This document shows, one piece after another, positions 20,114 through 30,485 of a DNA stretch of 64,000 nt; positions within the stretch are counted from its first letter, which is position 1; each line of letters begins with the position of its first letter. This stretch comes from an uncultured Thermoleophilia bacterium. Its GTDB lineage: Bacteria > Actinomycetota > Thermoleophilia > UBA2241. A model generated the notes under the pieces. It did not search any database. It worked only from the letters and a program-made list of their open reading frames with translations, and had not been told where the DNA came from. Location of the stretch: NCBI GenBank assembly GCA_963715985.1, contig CAVQSP010000014.1, forward strand, positions 1-64,000. The letters run 5' to 3'. The position numbers were made by a program, and so were the translations under genes.

Positions 20114-20689
20114 ATGAAACGTCTGCCGGTCGTCGTCCTGTTTGTGCTGTTTGCCCTGGCCGTGTCGTGTGCGCCGGCGGGCGCCTGGTACGCGCCGCAA
20201 CCCCAGACCGCCTACATCGACGTCGCCGGTCCGTCGTCGGGCTGGTGGGAATGGGGCGGGCCGGATCATCCGACCACGAAGATCGCGCACGCCACCGACC
20301 CCATCCCACGCGGCTGGAACGTGGTCCTCACCAAGACGTGGCTGGACTCGCAGACAGGTGTCAAGCTCGCGCCGCTCGCCATCCGCGACACGCTGTCGTT
20401 CAAGCAGGTCGGCGGCAAGTGGAAGCTGGCCGCGCTCGACCCGCTGAAGACGGTCAAGTACTGGAGCCCGCCCTATCAGTACGACGCCACGGCGTACCCC
20501 AATGAGTGGGCTTCTGACTGGTGGGTCCCTCTCGGCAAGCTCGCGAAGGGCACGTACTCGGGATGGATCAGGGACATGGTCCCCAGCGCCATGCCGGGGT
20601 GGCTCGACGACTCCGGCGCCGTCCTGGCCGAGCCGGTCTGGCTTCAGCCCTGGGACGACACCGTCCAGCATAAGTTCACCGTGAAGTAG
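20114..20689 (+). CDS. Secreted Trp-rich hypothetical protein
   Basis: Signal peptide MKRLPVVVLFVLFALAVSCAPAGA, Ig-like C-terminus (GTYSG...HKFTVK). Confidence 0.7.
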   Translation: MKRLPVVVLFVLFALAVSCAPAGAWYAPQPQTAYIDVAGPSSGWWEWGGPDHPTTKIAHATDPIPRGWNVVLTKTWLDSQTGVKLAPLAIRDTLSFKQVGGKWKLAALDPLKTVKYWSPPYQYDATAYPNEWASDWWVPLGKLAKGTYSGWIRDMVPSAMPGWLDDSGAVLAEPVWLQPWDDTVQHKFTVK

Positions 20690-20804
20690 GCGGCCGGGAG
20701 CTGCCGGGCACGGTCGCTGCCGGCGACTCGGTCCTGCTAGACTGCGGCGGTCAACAGCCCCCGCAAGGTGCGCGGGCGCGCAAGCAGAAAGGACCGGTCA
20801 CCGC

Positions 20805-22805
20805 ATGACCCTGCACGTCACCCTTCCCGACGGATCCCCCCTCGAGCTCGACGACGGTGCCACCGTGCGTGACGCGGCGGCCGCCATCGGCCCGCGCCTG
20901 GCCAAGGCCGCCGTGGCGGGCCGCGTGACCGCCGCCGCGGATGCCGCCGACGCCGCAGGCGGCTCGGCGTCCCCACGCCTCGTCGACGTCTCGGCGCCCC
21001 TGTACGAGGGTGACTCTGTCGCCATCGTCACTCTCAAGGGAGACGACCCCGACGCCGTCGACATCCTGCGCCACTCCGCCTCGCACGTGATGGCCCAGGC
21101 CGTCTTGCGCCTCTTCCCGGGCACCAGGTACGCCATCGGCCCGACCATCGAGAACGGCTTCTACTACGACTTCCAGTTCCCGGAGCCCATCGCCGAGGCC
21201 GACCTCGCGCGTATCGAGAAGGAGATGGCCAAGGTCGTCTCCGAGAACCAGGAGGTCGCGCGCCGGGAGCTGCCGCGCGATGAGGCCCTCGCCGTGTTCC
21301 GCCTCGCCGAACAGCCCTTCAAGGTGGAGCTCATCGAGGACCTCCCCGATGAGGAGACCATCAGCGTCTACTCGCAGGGCGAGTTCACCGACCTCTGCCG
21401 CGGCCCGCACCTGCCGAGCACCGGCAAGCTGGGGAGCGGCACCTTCAAGCTCACCAGCCTCGCCGGCGCCTACTGGCGGGGCGACGAGAAGAACCCCATG
21501 CTCACCCGCATCTATGGCACCGCCTTCCCGAGCAAGGAGGAGCTGGCGGCCCACCTCGAAGCGCTGGAGCTCGCGCGTCAGCGCGACCACCGCCGCATCG
21601 GCCGGGACCTCGACCTCTTCAGCTTTCACGAGGAGGGCCCCGGCTTCCCGTTCTTCCACCCCAAGGGCATGCGCCTCTGGAACGCGATGGTCGACTTCTG
21701 GCGCGCCGAGCACGTGCGCGCCGGCTACGAGGAGATCAGCACCCCGGTGATCCTGCGCCGCGAGCTCTGGGAGCGCAGCGGCCACTGGGACAACTACAAA
21801 GAGAACATGTACTTCACCGAGATCGACGAGCAGCCGTACGCGGTGAAGCCCATGAACTGCCCCGGCGGCCTGCTCATCTACAAGAGCCGCCGGCGCTCCT
21901 ACCGCGACCTGCCGCTGCGCATGGCCGAGCTCGGCCGCGTCCATCGCCACGAGATGAGCGGCGTGCTGCACGGCCTCTTCCGCGTGCGCTACTTCACTCA
22001 GGACGACGCGCACATCTACTGCACCCCCGAGCAACTCGAGGAGGAGGTGCTCGGCGTCGTCCGCTTCATGAAGCACATCTACGCCTCGTTCGGCTTCAGC
22101 GACGTCAAGATCGAGCTGAGCACGCGGCCTGAGAAGAGCATCGGCTCGGACGAGGTCTGGGAGCTCGCCGAGGGCGTCCTGCAGCGGGTGCTCGAGGGCG
22201 AGGGCATCGCCTACGTGCTCAACCCGGGCGACGGCGCCTTCTACGGCCCCAAGATCGACTTCCACATCCGCGACGTCATGGGCCGCACCTGGCAGTGCGG
22301 CACCATCCAGGTCGACTTCGCCATGCCGGAGCGGCTGGACATCACCTACACGGGGGCCGACAACGAAGAGCACCGGCCCGTGATGATCCACCGCGCCCTG
22401 CTGGGCAGCATCGAACGCTTCATGGGCATCCTGCTGGAGCACTACGGTGGCAATCTGCCGACCTGGCTGGCCCCGGAGCAGGCGCTGGTGTTGCCGATCG
22501 CCGACCGCCACGGCGAGTACGCGCAGGAGGTACTGCGTGCGCTGCGCGCCGCCGGCGCGGGGAGCAGAGCGGAGGCGCCGGTCACGATCCACGCCGACAT
22601 CGACGACCGCAGCGAGAGCATCGGCAAGCGCATCCGCGACGCGCAGCTGCAGAAGGTGCCGTACATCCTCGTGGTCGGCGACCGCGAGGCCGAGGCGGGC
22701 AGCGTGGGCATGCGCGAGCGCGGCGAGGACAAGGGCGCGCGGCCGCTCGCCGAGTTCGTCGACCACCTGGTCGACGAAGTGCGCGAGCGGCGCCTGCCGG
22801 GCTGA
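20805..22805 (+). CDS. thrS: Threonine--tRNA ligase
   Basis: TGS domain, RHSASH, DLCRGPH, RDHRRIG, KPMNCP, FTQDDAH, GAFYGPKID, HRALLGSIERF. Confidence 0.98.
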   Translation: MTLHVTLPDGSPLELDDGATVRDAAAAIGPRLAKAAVAGRVTAAADAADAAGGSASPRLVDVSAPLYEGDSVAIVTLKGDDPDAVDILRHSASHVMAQAVLRLFPGTRYAIGPTIENGFYYDFQFPEPIAEADLARIEKEMAKVVSENQEVARRELPRDEALAVFRLAEQPFKVELIEDLPDEETISVYSQGEFTDLCRGPHLPSTGKLGSGTFKLTSLAGAYWRGDEKNPMLTRIYGTAFPSKEELAAHLEALELARQRDHRRIGRDLDLFSFHEEGPGFPFFHPKGMRLWNAMVDFWRAEHVRAGYEEISTPVILRRELWERSGHWDNYKENMYFTEIDEQPYAVKPMNCPGGLLIYKSRRRSYRDLPLRMAELGRVHRHEMSGVLHGLFRVRYFTQDDAHIYCTPEQLEEEVLGVVRFMKHIYASFGFSDVKIELSTRPEKSIGSDEVWELAEGVLQRVLEGEGIAYVLNPGDGAFYGPKIDFHIRDVMGRTWQCGTIQVDFAMPERLDITYTGADNEEHRPVMIHRALLGSIERFMGILLEHYGGNLPTWLAPEQALVLPIADRHGEYAQEVLRALRAAGAGSRAEAPVTIHADIDDRSESIGKRIRDAQLQKVPYILVVGDREAEAGSVGMRERGEDKGARPLAEFVDHLVDEVRERRLPG

Positions 22806-22826
22806 GCCGGGCCGGCCGACCGCGAC

Positions 22827-23459
22827 GTGGACCTCGTGCGTGACAGCGCGCTGGGCGTGGAGTTCGAGATCGACCCGCGCTTCGCGCGCCTTGAGACGCC
22901 GACCGCCGGCACGCCGGATGTGACAAGCTTGCCGCCCGGCGGCAACAGGGATGGGCCGGGGGGCAACGGCCATGGGCCTGCCTCGGGTGGGGCGGAGGCG
23001 GCCGGCGCAGCCGTGCCGCAGCTGCCCACGGCGCACTTCATCGCCGTCGACCCGGCGGCCGGCTGGATCGCCGCGCTCGCCATCGTCACCGTGGCGGTCG
23101 AGCCGCTACCCCCGGACGTCTGGCTCGAGCAGCAGCTCCTTCGCGCTCGCGCCTCGTTCGCGCAGTGGTCGGCTGCATCGCACGAGATGCTGGTGCCGCC
23201 CGAGACGGCCGAGCTTGCCGGAAGGCCGGCGCTGCACGTGCGCTACCGCCTGACCGGAGCCGAGCCGGAGTACGCCGCGGCCGAGGACGCCGGTGAAGCC
23301 GCCGGCGAGCCGCCGCCTTCGCTCGTCGAGCACTGGACCGTGCTGGTGGCCGAGCGCTCGTGGCTGCTGGCCATGGAGCTCATGGTGCAGCCGCCGGAGC
23401 GCTGGGACGAGGAGCGCGCGTCGCTGGACCTGCCGTTCCGCACGCTCGCCCTCATATGA
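22827..23459 (+). CDS. Hypothetical protein (PsbP/LpqN-like alpha/beta fold suspected)
   Basis: GC3-biased ORF directly after thrS; no diagnostic motif. Confidence 0.5.
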   Translation: MDLVRDSALGVEFEIDPRFARLETPTAGTPDVTSLPPGGNRDGPGGNGHGPASGGAEAAGAAVPQLPTAHFIAVDPAAGWIAALAIVTVAVEPLPPDVWLEQQLLRARASFAQWSAASHEMLVPPETAELAGRPALHVRYRLTGAEPEYAAAEDAGEAAGEPPPSLVEHWTVLVAERSWLLAMELMVQPPERWDEERASLDLPFRTLALI

Positions 23460-23670
23460 AGCTCGCACCGGAGACCGCGTGAAGCCCTGTGTGACGCGGT
23501 CCACGGCGTGAGAGCCCCGATCGTCGATGAGGCGCTCGCGCTGCCGGATGACCTCGGCCTGTGCACCGGACCCTGCGTGGCGCCGGGGGTTCCGCCACGC
23601 CACCCTTGACGGCGTGACGGCAAGACGGTCTCATTCTCTGCGGACAGTCGCCGACGCACGGGAGCACCTC

Positions 23671-25140
23671 ATGGACAGGATCGGCCGATCTCCCACCGCG
23701 GGCACGCGGAGCATCGTCGTGCCCCCGGTCGGCCCGCGCAGCTGGTGGCTGCAGGAGGCGCTTCGCGCCGACCCCGGGGCGCCCTGTCCGCCGCTCTCAG
23801 GAGAGACGAGCGCCGACGTGTGCGTCGCCGGCGGCGGCTTCTGCGGCCTCTGGACCGCCTACGAGCTCACCGAGCGCGATCCGTCGCTGGACGTCGTGCT
23901 CCTCGAGTCCGACATCTGCGGCGCCGGGGGCAGCGGCGCCAACGGCGGCTTCTTCTCGACCTCGTGGCTCCAGCTCTCCACGTTGTGCCGGACGCTTGGA
24001 GAGGGCGGCGGCGTAGCATACGCCGCCGCCCTCTCCGAGATGGTCGCCGAGCTCGACGCGTGGATCGCCCGCCACGAGGCCCGCATCGACGCCCACCACG
24101 AGGGCATCCTCTACGCGCGCGCCGGGGAGTGGCAGGCCGGGCCGGACGAGGAGACGTTCCGGCTGCTCGAGGCGCACGGTCACGCCGACCGCCTGCGCCG
24201 TGTGGACGCCGCCGAGGCTCGGCATGTCGCCGACTCGCCGCGCTTCGTCGGCGGCGTCGTGACGCCGGACCTGACGGTGCTCCAGCCGGCCAAGCTCGCC
24301 CGCGAGCTGCGCCGGGTATTGCTGGAGCGCGGCGTGCGCATCTTCGAGGGCACGCCGGTGCAGCGCCTCGAGGCGGGGCGGCCTGCCCGCCTCGTCACGT
24401 CCGCAGGCGCCGTCTCCGCCGCCCAGGTGGTGGACGCCACCGGCGCCTGGGCGGCGCGGCAACGGCACTTCCGCAACGCGTTCACCGTCTGCGTGGACTA
24501 CATGGTCGTCACCGAGCCCGATTCCCGACCTGCTCGAGGACATCGGCTGGACCTCGCACATGGGCGTCGCCGACCTGCGCGAGATGCTCTTCTATCTGCG
24601 GCCCACCGACGACGGCCGCATCGCCATCGGCGGCGGGGCGATGCGCATCACCTACGACAATCACATCCGCGGCCGCGCGCTCACCTCGGCGCGCATCGCC
24701 GAGGTCGCGGCGCGCGGCCTCGTCTGGCTGTTCCCGCAGCTCGAGGGCGTGCGCTTCGACGCCGCCTGGAGCGGGCCTATGGACCTCACCAACGCAGCGC
24801 TGCCCTTCTTCGTCAGCGCGCCGGGCGGCAACGTCCACGCCGGCCTCGGCTTCTCCGGGCACGGGCTCACCTCCACCAAGCTGGGCGGCAAGATCCTCGC
24901 CTCTCTCGCCTTGGGAGCGGACGATCGCTGGAGCCGGATGCCGGTGGTCGGCCCGCCGCCGGCCACGCCGCCCCCGGAGCCGCTGCGCTGGCCCCTGGTC
25001 TCCTCGGTCACCTGGGCCTACGAGACCAGTGACCGGGCGCGCGAGCAGGGCCGGCGGCCGGGTCTCCTGCAGCGCGCCGTCATCGGCGGCTACGGCCGCT
25101 ATTCGGCCTTGAACTCGGCCACCGGCGCGCGACTCCGATC
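23671..25140 (+). CDS. FAD-dependent oxidoreductase (DAO / gamma-glutamylputrescine oxidase-like), frameshift near 24522; 3' end uncertain
   Basis: DVCVAGGGFCGLWTA, GGSGANGGF, QPAKLAREL, AWSGPMD, GFSGHG, PPEPLRW. Confidence 0.82.
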
Positions 25141-25322
25141 CGAGCTCTCTCGGAGGTGGTCTTCATGGACAGGGAGTGGACGCCGGTGCGCAAGGGCCAC
25201 GTGGCCTACCACCCGCGGAGACGCCGCTCCACGGCATCCGCAACCTCGGCACAGAGACCTTCGTGCTCGTCTGGGCATGCCCGACCGACACCCTGGCCGA
25301 GATCGAGTACTTCGACGACTGA
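25141..25322 (+). pseudogene. C-terminal fragment of a cupin-domain protein
   Basis: EVVFMDREWTPVRKGHVAYHP / PLHGIRNLGTETFVLVWACP...EYFDD* matches cupin motif 2; no N-terminal half. Confidence 0.5.
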
Positions 25323-25385
25323 CGTTCGGGACAGCGCACCCAACGCATACGGATGATAGAAATCCTCATGTAGTGGGTATCTTCA

Positions 25386-25407
25386 CGGTCGAGCAACTTC
25401 TCGACCG
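25386..25407. promoter_or_regulatory. Inverted repeat, probable MarR operator
   Basis: CGGTCGAG-caactt-CTCGACCG perfect inverted repeat ending 11 nt before the marR ATG, just after -10-like TATCTT. Confidence 0.55.
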
Positions 25408-25418
25408 AGGGATATCCG

Positions 25419-25875
25419 ATGAGCGCACCGTACACCGCCGACGACATCACCTGGGCGACCAGGCGCCTCGACATCGCCATGTCGAGGCTGATGGTCGCCT
25501 TCGCGCGTGAGGTCGGCATCAGCGTCCCCGAGTTACTGGCGCTCGAGCACCTCGACGCCGCGGGCGGGCTGGGCCCCAGCGACCTCGCCCGGCGCCTGCA
25601 GATGTCCACGGGGTCCGTCACCGCCCTCGTCGACCGTCTGGAGGCCGAGCGGGCACGCCGTGCGTGCCCCTCATCCCAGCGACCGGCGGCGAGTGGTGGT
25701 GTCGCGGACGGCCAAGGCGGACGAGGACCTCGCTCGCGAGGTCGCTCCGCTGGCGGCGCAGATCCGCGAGCTCGCCGTGAGCCTGAGCGAGCAGGAGCGC
25801 GAGACGGTGGGCCGGTTCCTCGAGCGCTTCATCGCCATCGTCGAGAAGTCGGCGGACGAGGCGTGCGCGGCATGA
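25419..25875 (+). CDS. MarR family transcriptional regulator, frameshift near 25650
   Basis: GPSDLARRLQMSTGSVTALVDRLE / GHAVRAPHPSDRRRVVV winged-helix motifs. Confidence 0.88.
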
Positions 25876-25951
25876 GCGCCGTCCGCCCCAGTCGAATCAT
25901 CCGGGCCGGCGGCCGTCGCCGGCCGGCCCTCACCCAACGAAGGAGCACACG

Positions 25952-26770
25952 ATGAGCACCCAGCCAGCCGCAGTCAGCAGCCCTCCCGCGCCCGCGAGCG
26001 CCGAGTCCCCCTCCGCCGACGTGCAGCGCCGCCTCAGCCGGCTGCGCGTCTGGAACGTCGGCGTCGGCGTCGTCCTCGCCCTCGAGGCCGTGGCCATCGC
26101 CCTGCTCACCAACGGCTTCTCGCTGCCGGTCACCGCCAACTACATGACCGGCCCGCCCGGCACCGCGCCCAAGCTCACCACGCTCTTCGACGTCCCGCTC
26201 GGCTGGGGCATCTTCGCCTTCGTCGCCATCTCGGCCGCGGCGCTCTTCATCATCGCCTCGCCGCGCGTCTTCGACTGGTACAAGGGCAACCTGCTGCAGA
26301 GCCGCAACTACGGGCGCTGGATCGAGTACTTCTTCAGCTCCAGCATCATGATCGTGCTCATCAGCATGATCACCGGCGTCAGCGACATCGCCGCCCTCAT
26401 CGCCATCTTCGGCGCCAACGCCAGCATGATCCTTTTCGGCCTGCTCATGGAGAAGTACGAGACGCCCGGCAAGCCCAGCTGGCTGTCGTTCTGGTTCGGC
26501 TGCTTCAGCGGCATCATCCCGTGGGTCATCGTCGGCATCTACGTGTGGAGCCCCGGCCTGGACGGTCCCGCGCCGCCGAGCTTCGTCTACGGCATCATCA
26601 TCAGCCTGTTCCTCTTCTTCAACATCTTCGCCATCAACATGTGGCTGCAGTACCACAAGGTGGGCAAGTGGGCCGACTACCTGTTCGGCGAGAAGGCCTA
26701 CATCATCCTGAGCCTGACGGCGAAGTCGCTGCTGGCCTGGTGGGTGTTCTCGGCGGTGCTGGCGAGCTGA
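25952..26770 (+). CDS. heR: Heliorhodopsin
   Basis: LR.WN, SLPVT..Y..GPPG, N..RWIEY..SSSIM, MILFGLLME, PP.FVY, LQY..VGKW.DY..GEKAYIILSLTAKSLLAW (retinal-binding Lys). Confidence 0.95.
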   Translation: MSTQPAAVSSPPAPASAESPSADVQRRLSRLRVWNVGVGVVLALEAVAIALLTNGFSLPVTANYMTGPPGTAPKLTTLFDVPLGWGIFAFVAISAAALFIIASPRVFDWYKGNLLQSRNYGRWIEYFFSSSIMIVLISMITGVSDIAALIAIFGANASMILFGLLMEKYETPGKPSWLSFWFGCFSGIIPWVIVGIYVWSPGLDGPAPPSFVYGIIISLFLFFNIFAINMWLQYHKVGKWADYLFGEKAYIILSLTAKSLLAWWVFSAVLAS

Positions 26771-26883
26771 GCCCCGGCTCGGACTCCGCGGCCGACTGGG
26801 CCCGGCGGCGCGCCGCGCCGCCGGGCCCTGTTCATGGCCGCTTCTCGCGCCTCGCCCGGCAGCGGCTGTGCGATACTCCCGCC

Positions 26884-27429
26884 ATGCCCGCCGTCAGCGC
26901 CGGACTCCTGCTCTACCGCCGCCGCCCGGACCCCGGGAGCGGCGACCTCAGGCTCGAGGTGTTGCTCGTGCACCCCGGAGGGCCGTACTGGGCCAAGAAG
27001 GACGCCGGCGCGTGGAGCATCCCCAAGGGTGAGGTGGAGCCGGAGGAGCTCGGGCCGGAGCCCCCCACGGTCACGGCGGCCAAGGCCCGCAACCGGGCCG
27101 CCGGCGTCGACCTGCTGGCCGTGGCGCGCCGCGAGGTCAGGGAGGAGACGGGGCTGGAGCCCGAAGGCCCCTTCCAGCCCCTGGGCGGCGTCAAGGCCCA
27201 CCACCACAAGCTCATCTACGCCTGGGCGGCGGAACACGACTGCGACCCGGCACTTCTGACGAGCAACGCGTTCGCCATCGAGTGGCCGCCGCGTTCCGGC
27301 AGGACCGCCGAGTTCCCCGAGGTGGACCGCGCCGCCTGGTTTGGCCTGGAGGCGGCGCGCGAAGCCATCGTGCCCGCCCAGCGCCGGTTCCTCGACGACC
27401 TCGCGGTCGTCGCAGCCGCCGGCGCCTGA
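26884..27429 (+). CDS. NUDIX hydrolase
   Basis: SAGLLLYR, LLVHPGGPYWAKKDAGAWSIPKG, ARREVREETG, EWPPRSGR..EFPEVDRA.WF. Confidence 0.92.
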   Translation: MPAVSAGLLLYRRRPDPGSGDLRLEVLLVHPGGPYWAKKDAGAWSIPKGEVEPEELGPEPPTVTAAKARNRAAGVDLLAVARREVREETGLEPEGPFQPLGGVKAHHHKLIYAWAAEHDCDPALLTSNAFAIEWPPRSGRTAEFPEVDRAAWFGLEAAREAIVPAQRRFLDDLAVVAAAGA

Positions 27430-27431
27430 CG

Positions 27432-28329
27432 CTAGGCCGGCCGGCCCGCGGGGTCCGGTTCCGCGGCTCCGTCCGCCGCCTCCGCACGCGCCTCCCGCAC
27501 CCGCCTCCGCTCCCGCACCCGCCTCCGCCGCCACCTCCGCACCCGCCGCCGGCCCCGCGTCCGCTGGCGGGATGCTCGGCAGGTGTGGCTTGCCGGCGAT
27601 CAGGTCGAAGAACGCCTCGCGCCAGGCGCGCCACGTCGCGTTCGTCCGGTCCTCGCGGTGCTGCGCCCTGGCCAGCCTTCTCGGCTTCTTGCCGTAGCGT
27701 TTGTGGGCCCAGGGCGAGTTGGGTCGCGCCAGGCGGACGGCTCCGACGATGCCGATGATCGGGATGAAGATGCCGAAGAACCCCGTCCAGTACTTGCCCT
27801 TGAGCAGGCAGATGACCGCAAAGCACAGGTTGATGATGAGGGTGACGGCGACGGCGGCGGCAGCGGCGGCGCCCGTCAGTCCCGAGTCGCCTGTCCCGAC
27901 CGGGTTGAAGCCCAGGATGATGAGGAGGCCCGCGCACACCGCGACGATCACAGCGTCCACGGAGAGCCGTCCCTCTGCCCGCCAGTAGACGTCCTGAAGG
28001 CGCAGGATCAGAGCGAACTCGTCGAGTGTGAGGGCAACGCCGGCGCCGAACAGCAGGGCGCAGAGCTGCAGCCACAGGCCCTGCGGGGTGAAGGCGATGA
28101 GTCCGATGCCGCTCGCCACCATCAGCACCACACCGATGACCATGTGGTGCACGTGCAGACCGCCCTCGGACTCGATGTCGTGGAACCACCACTTCACCTT
28201 GGCGCGGATGAGGCGCGTGTTGATGCGCACCGCGAGAAAGGTGACCAGCAGCCCCAGGGTGAACGCCGCCATCGCGGCGCGCTGCTCGCCGAGGTAGTGC
28301 TGGCCGATGGCGTTGACGGCGGTGATCAT
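27432..28329 (-). CDS. Actinobacterial integral membrane protein (LHVHH / DEFAL motifs); 3' end uncertain
   Basis: TFL..R..TRLIRA, GLHVHHMVIG, GAGVALTLDEFALIL.L.DVYW..EGRLSVDAV, LKGK, RLARP.SPWA. Confidence 0.75.
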
Positions 28330-28541
28330 GGCTGGCCCTTCTGCTCGGGCTTGCAGAGACCCTTCAGCGGCGCTCGCCGGACAGTATCGGCAGAGCGCCG
28401 TCGCATGCGTAGTCTCCCACGAAGGAGGGTCGGGAGGCCTGGTGCAGCCGCCAACACCGCCTCGAGGGCGCACGGCGGTACACTCAGCGTACGAGGGCGC
28501 CGGGCCGGAGCGCCCGCGAGGGTCCGAGCGAGGAGGAACCG

Positions 28542-29312
28542 GTGAGCGCACGAGCCGTCTCTCTCAGCCATGTGGGTCGCGCGAGCGGTGAAGGTTGGTG
28601 CGTGTTCACTCGCGGCGCCACCCGCGGCGAGTGCATCCTCACGCCGGCGGGGAGTCTGGGCATGGCCGGCGTCCAGTTCGCCGACATGAACTGCGGCACC
28701 ATCGCTGAGGCGGGTGGGGCTGCGCCTGCGCTGCGCATGTTCGCGGAGCGCCTGCGCGCGCGGGGTCTTCCCGGCATACTCGCGGTGCTGTCCACGGCTG
28801 CCGACGAGGTCGCGCCGGTGGCCGCGGAGCTCGACCTGACCGCCGGCCCGCTGGTGCCGCTCATGTGCGTGCGCGCCGCCGACGCGCGGCGTGTGGAGCA
28901 CGACTACTCGGTGTGGCGGGTAGACGACCAGGCCGGCGTGGACGATGCGGCCGCCGTCCTCGCCGACGCCTTCGACATCTCCGAGGAGTGGGTCCGCGGC
29001 ATGTACGGGCCGGACTTCGCGCACCTGCCCGGCGCCGACGTGTTCGCGGCCGGGCGCCACGGGCAGGCTGCGGCCGTGGTGGGCACCGCACGGCTGGGGA
29101 CCACGGTCGGCGTGTACGCCGTCGGCACGCGACAGGCGCACCGGCGCCGCGGCGCCGCGTCCGCCGCCATGTCGGCCGCCATGGACCACCACGTGAGCAG
29201 CGGCGCCCACCTGTTCGTACTGCTGTCGGCGCCGGAAGCGGAGCCCCTCTACAAGAGCCTGGGCTTCGCCGTGGTGGACCACCCGTCGCTGTGGGTCGTC
29301 CCGGGACCCTGA
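28542..29312 (+). CDS. GNAT family N-acetyltransferase
   Basis: VGVYAVGTRQAHRRRGAAS acetyl-CoA motif, PLYKSLGF. Confidence 0.8.
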   Translation: MSARAVSLSHVGRASGEGWCVFTRGATRGECILTPAGSLGMAGVQFADMNCGTIAEAGGAAPALRMFAERLRARGLPGILAVLSTAADEVAPVAAELDLTAGPLVPLMCVRAADARRVEHDYSVWRVDDQAGVDDAAAVLADAFDISEEWVRGMYGPDFAHLPGADVFAAGRHGQAAAVVGTARLGTTVGVYAVGTRQAHRRRGAASAAMSAAMDHHVSSGAHLFVLLSAPEAEPLYKSLGFAVVDHPSLWVVPGP

Positions 29313-29321
29313 GCGCACCGT

Positions 29322-30290
29322 CTAGACCCAGCCCTGCCGCCGGAACAGCCAGAGCATCACGAGCACCGCCGCCACCTGGGTCACGACGCCGAGCAGGAAG
29401 AAGGGGAGCCAGCCGGTGACGTTGACCACCATCCAGCCGAAGTTCATGCCGAAGAACCCCACGATCCAGGTCAGCGGCATGAAGATCGTGGCCACGATGG
29501 TGAGGCGCTTCATGACCTCGTTGAGCCGGTTGGACACGGTGGAGAGGTAGACGTCCATGGCGCCGGTGAGCAGGTCGCGGTAGCTGTCCACGAGGTCGCT
29601 GATGCGGATGAGGTGGTCGTAGAGGTCGCGGTAGTACCGCTCCATGTCGGGAGTCATGCCGGGGATCGTCACCACGCCCGTGACGAGCCGTGCGAACGCG
29701 TCCCGTTGCGGCGTGATGACCTTGCGCCACGTGATGAGGCGCCGCTTGAGGCGGAAGATGGCCTGCAGCTGGGCGTCGTCCGGCTTTCTGATCACGCCCG
29801 TCTCCAGGTCGTCGATGCGGTCGTCCAGCTTGGCGAGCTCGGGGAAGAAGCTGTCCACGAGCGCGTCCACCACTGAGTAGAGCAGCAGGGCGCCCTTGGC
29901 CGGGGGTACGAGCTCCTTGGCCACGCGTTCACGCAGGTCCTTGAACGTCGGGCAGTCGTCGCGGTGCACGGTGACGAGGTACCTGCTCGAGAGGAAGCAG
30001 TGGACCTCCACCAGCCCGTCCTTGTCGGCGTTGGCGCCGAAGGCGACGAGGAAGAGGAAGTCGTCGTACTCCTCGAGCTTGGGACGCTGCCCGAAGTGGG
30101 ACGCGTCCTCCACGGCCAGCGGGTGAAAGCCGAAGAGGTCCCTGAGCATCGTCAGGTCGTCGGCGCCGGTGCCGTGCAGGTCGAGCCAGAAGAACTCACT
30201 CTCGTCCAGATGCTGCGCGATCGCGGCGTGATCGACGTCGTCGTGCGAGCCCTTCATGTCGACGAGAAAGCGGCTTCGCGTCGCGGCCAT
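29322..30290 (-). CDS. corA: Magnesium/cobalt transporter CorA
   Basis: FWLDL, FHPLAVED, QRPKLEEY, NEVMKRLT...FMPLT..VGFFGMNF. Confidence 0.95.
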   Translation of the reverse strand: MAATRSRFLVDMKGSHDDVDHAAIAQHLDESEFFWLDLHGTGADDLTMLRDLFGFHPLAVEDASHFGQRPKLEEYDDFLFLVAFGANADKDGLVEVHCFLSSRYLVTVHRDDCPTFKDLRERVAKELVPPAKGALLLYSVVDALVDSFFPELAKLDDRIDDLETGVIRKPDDAQLQAIFRLKRRLITWRKVITPQRDAFARLVTGVVTIPGMTPDMERYYRDLYDHLIRISDLVDSYRDLLTGAMDVYLSTVSNRLNEVMKRLTIVATIFMPLTWIVGFFGMNFGWMVVNVTGWLPFFLLGVVTQVAAVLVMLWLFRRQGWV

Positions 30291-30485
30291 CGGTCCCTCC
30301 CGGTCCGGCTCTCCCGGCGATGCTACAGCGCGGCGGCGGCGCGCTCCAGACCTTCGGCGGGGTCGTGGTGCCGCTCTCCGGCGCGGCGCAGGCACGCCAT
30401 GTGAAGACCGTGTGAAGCCGGGTTGCATCCGTCGCCGACGTGGTCTTTACTGCCCAGAACCTCAAATGGACCCAGGGGGTTCGAC

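Noticed and set aside
20690-20804. T-box riboswitch upstream of thrS (also checked pheS and tyrS)
   Set aside because: The leaders are too short and lack the T-box consensus.
28430-28510. tRNA-like 5' sequence GGAGGCCTGGTGCAGCC
   Set aside because: No TTCGA loop or cloverleaf can be built.
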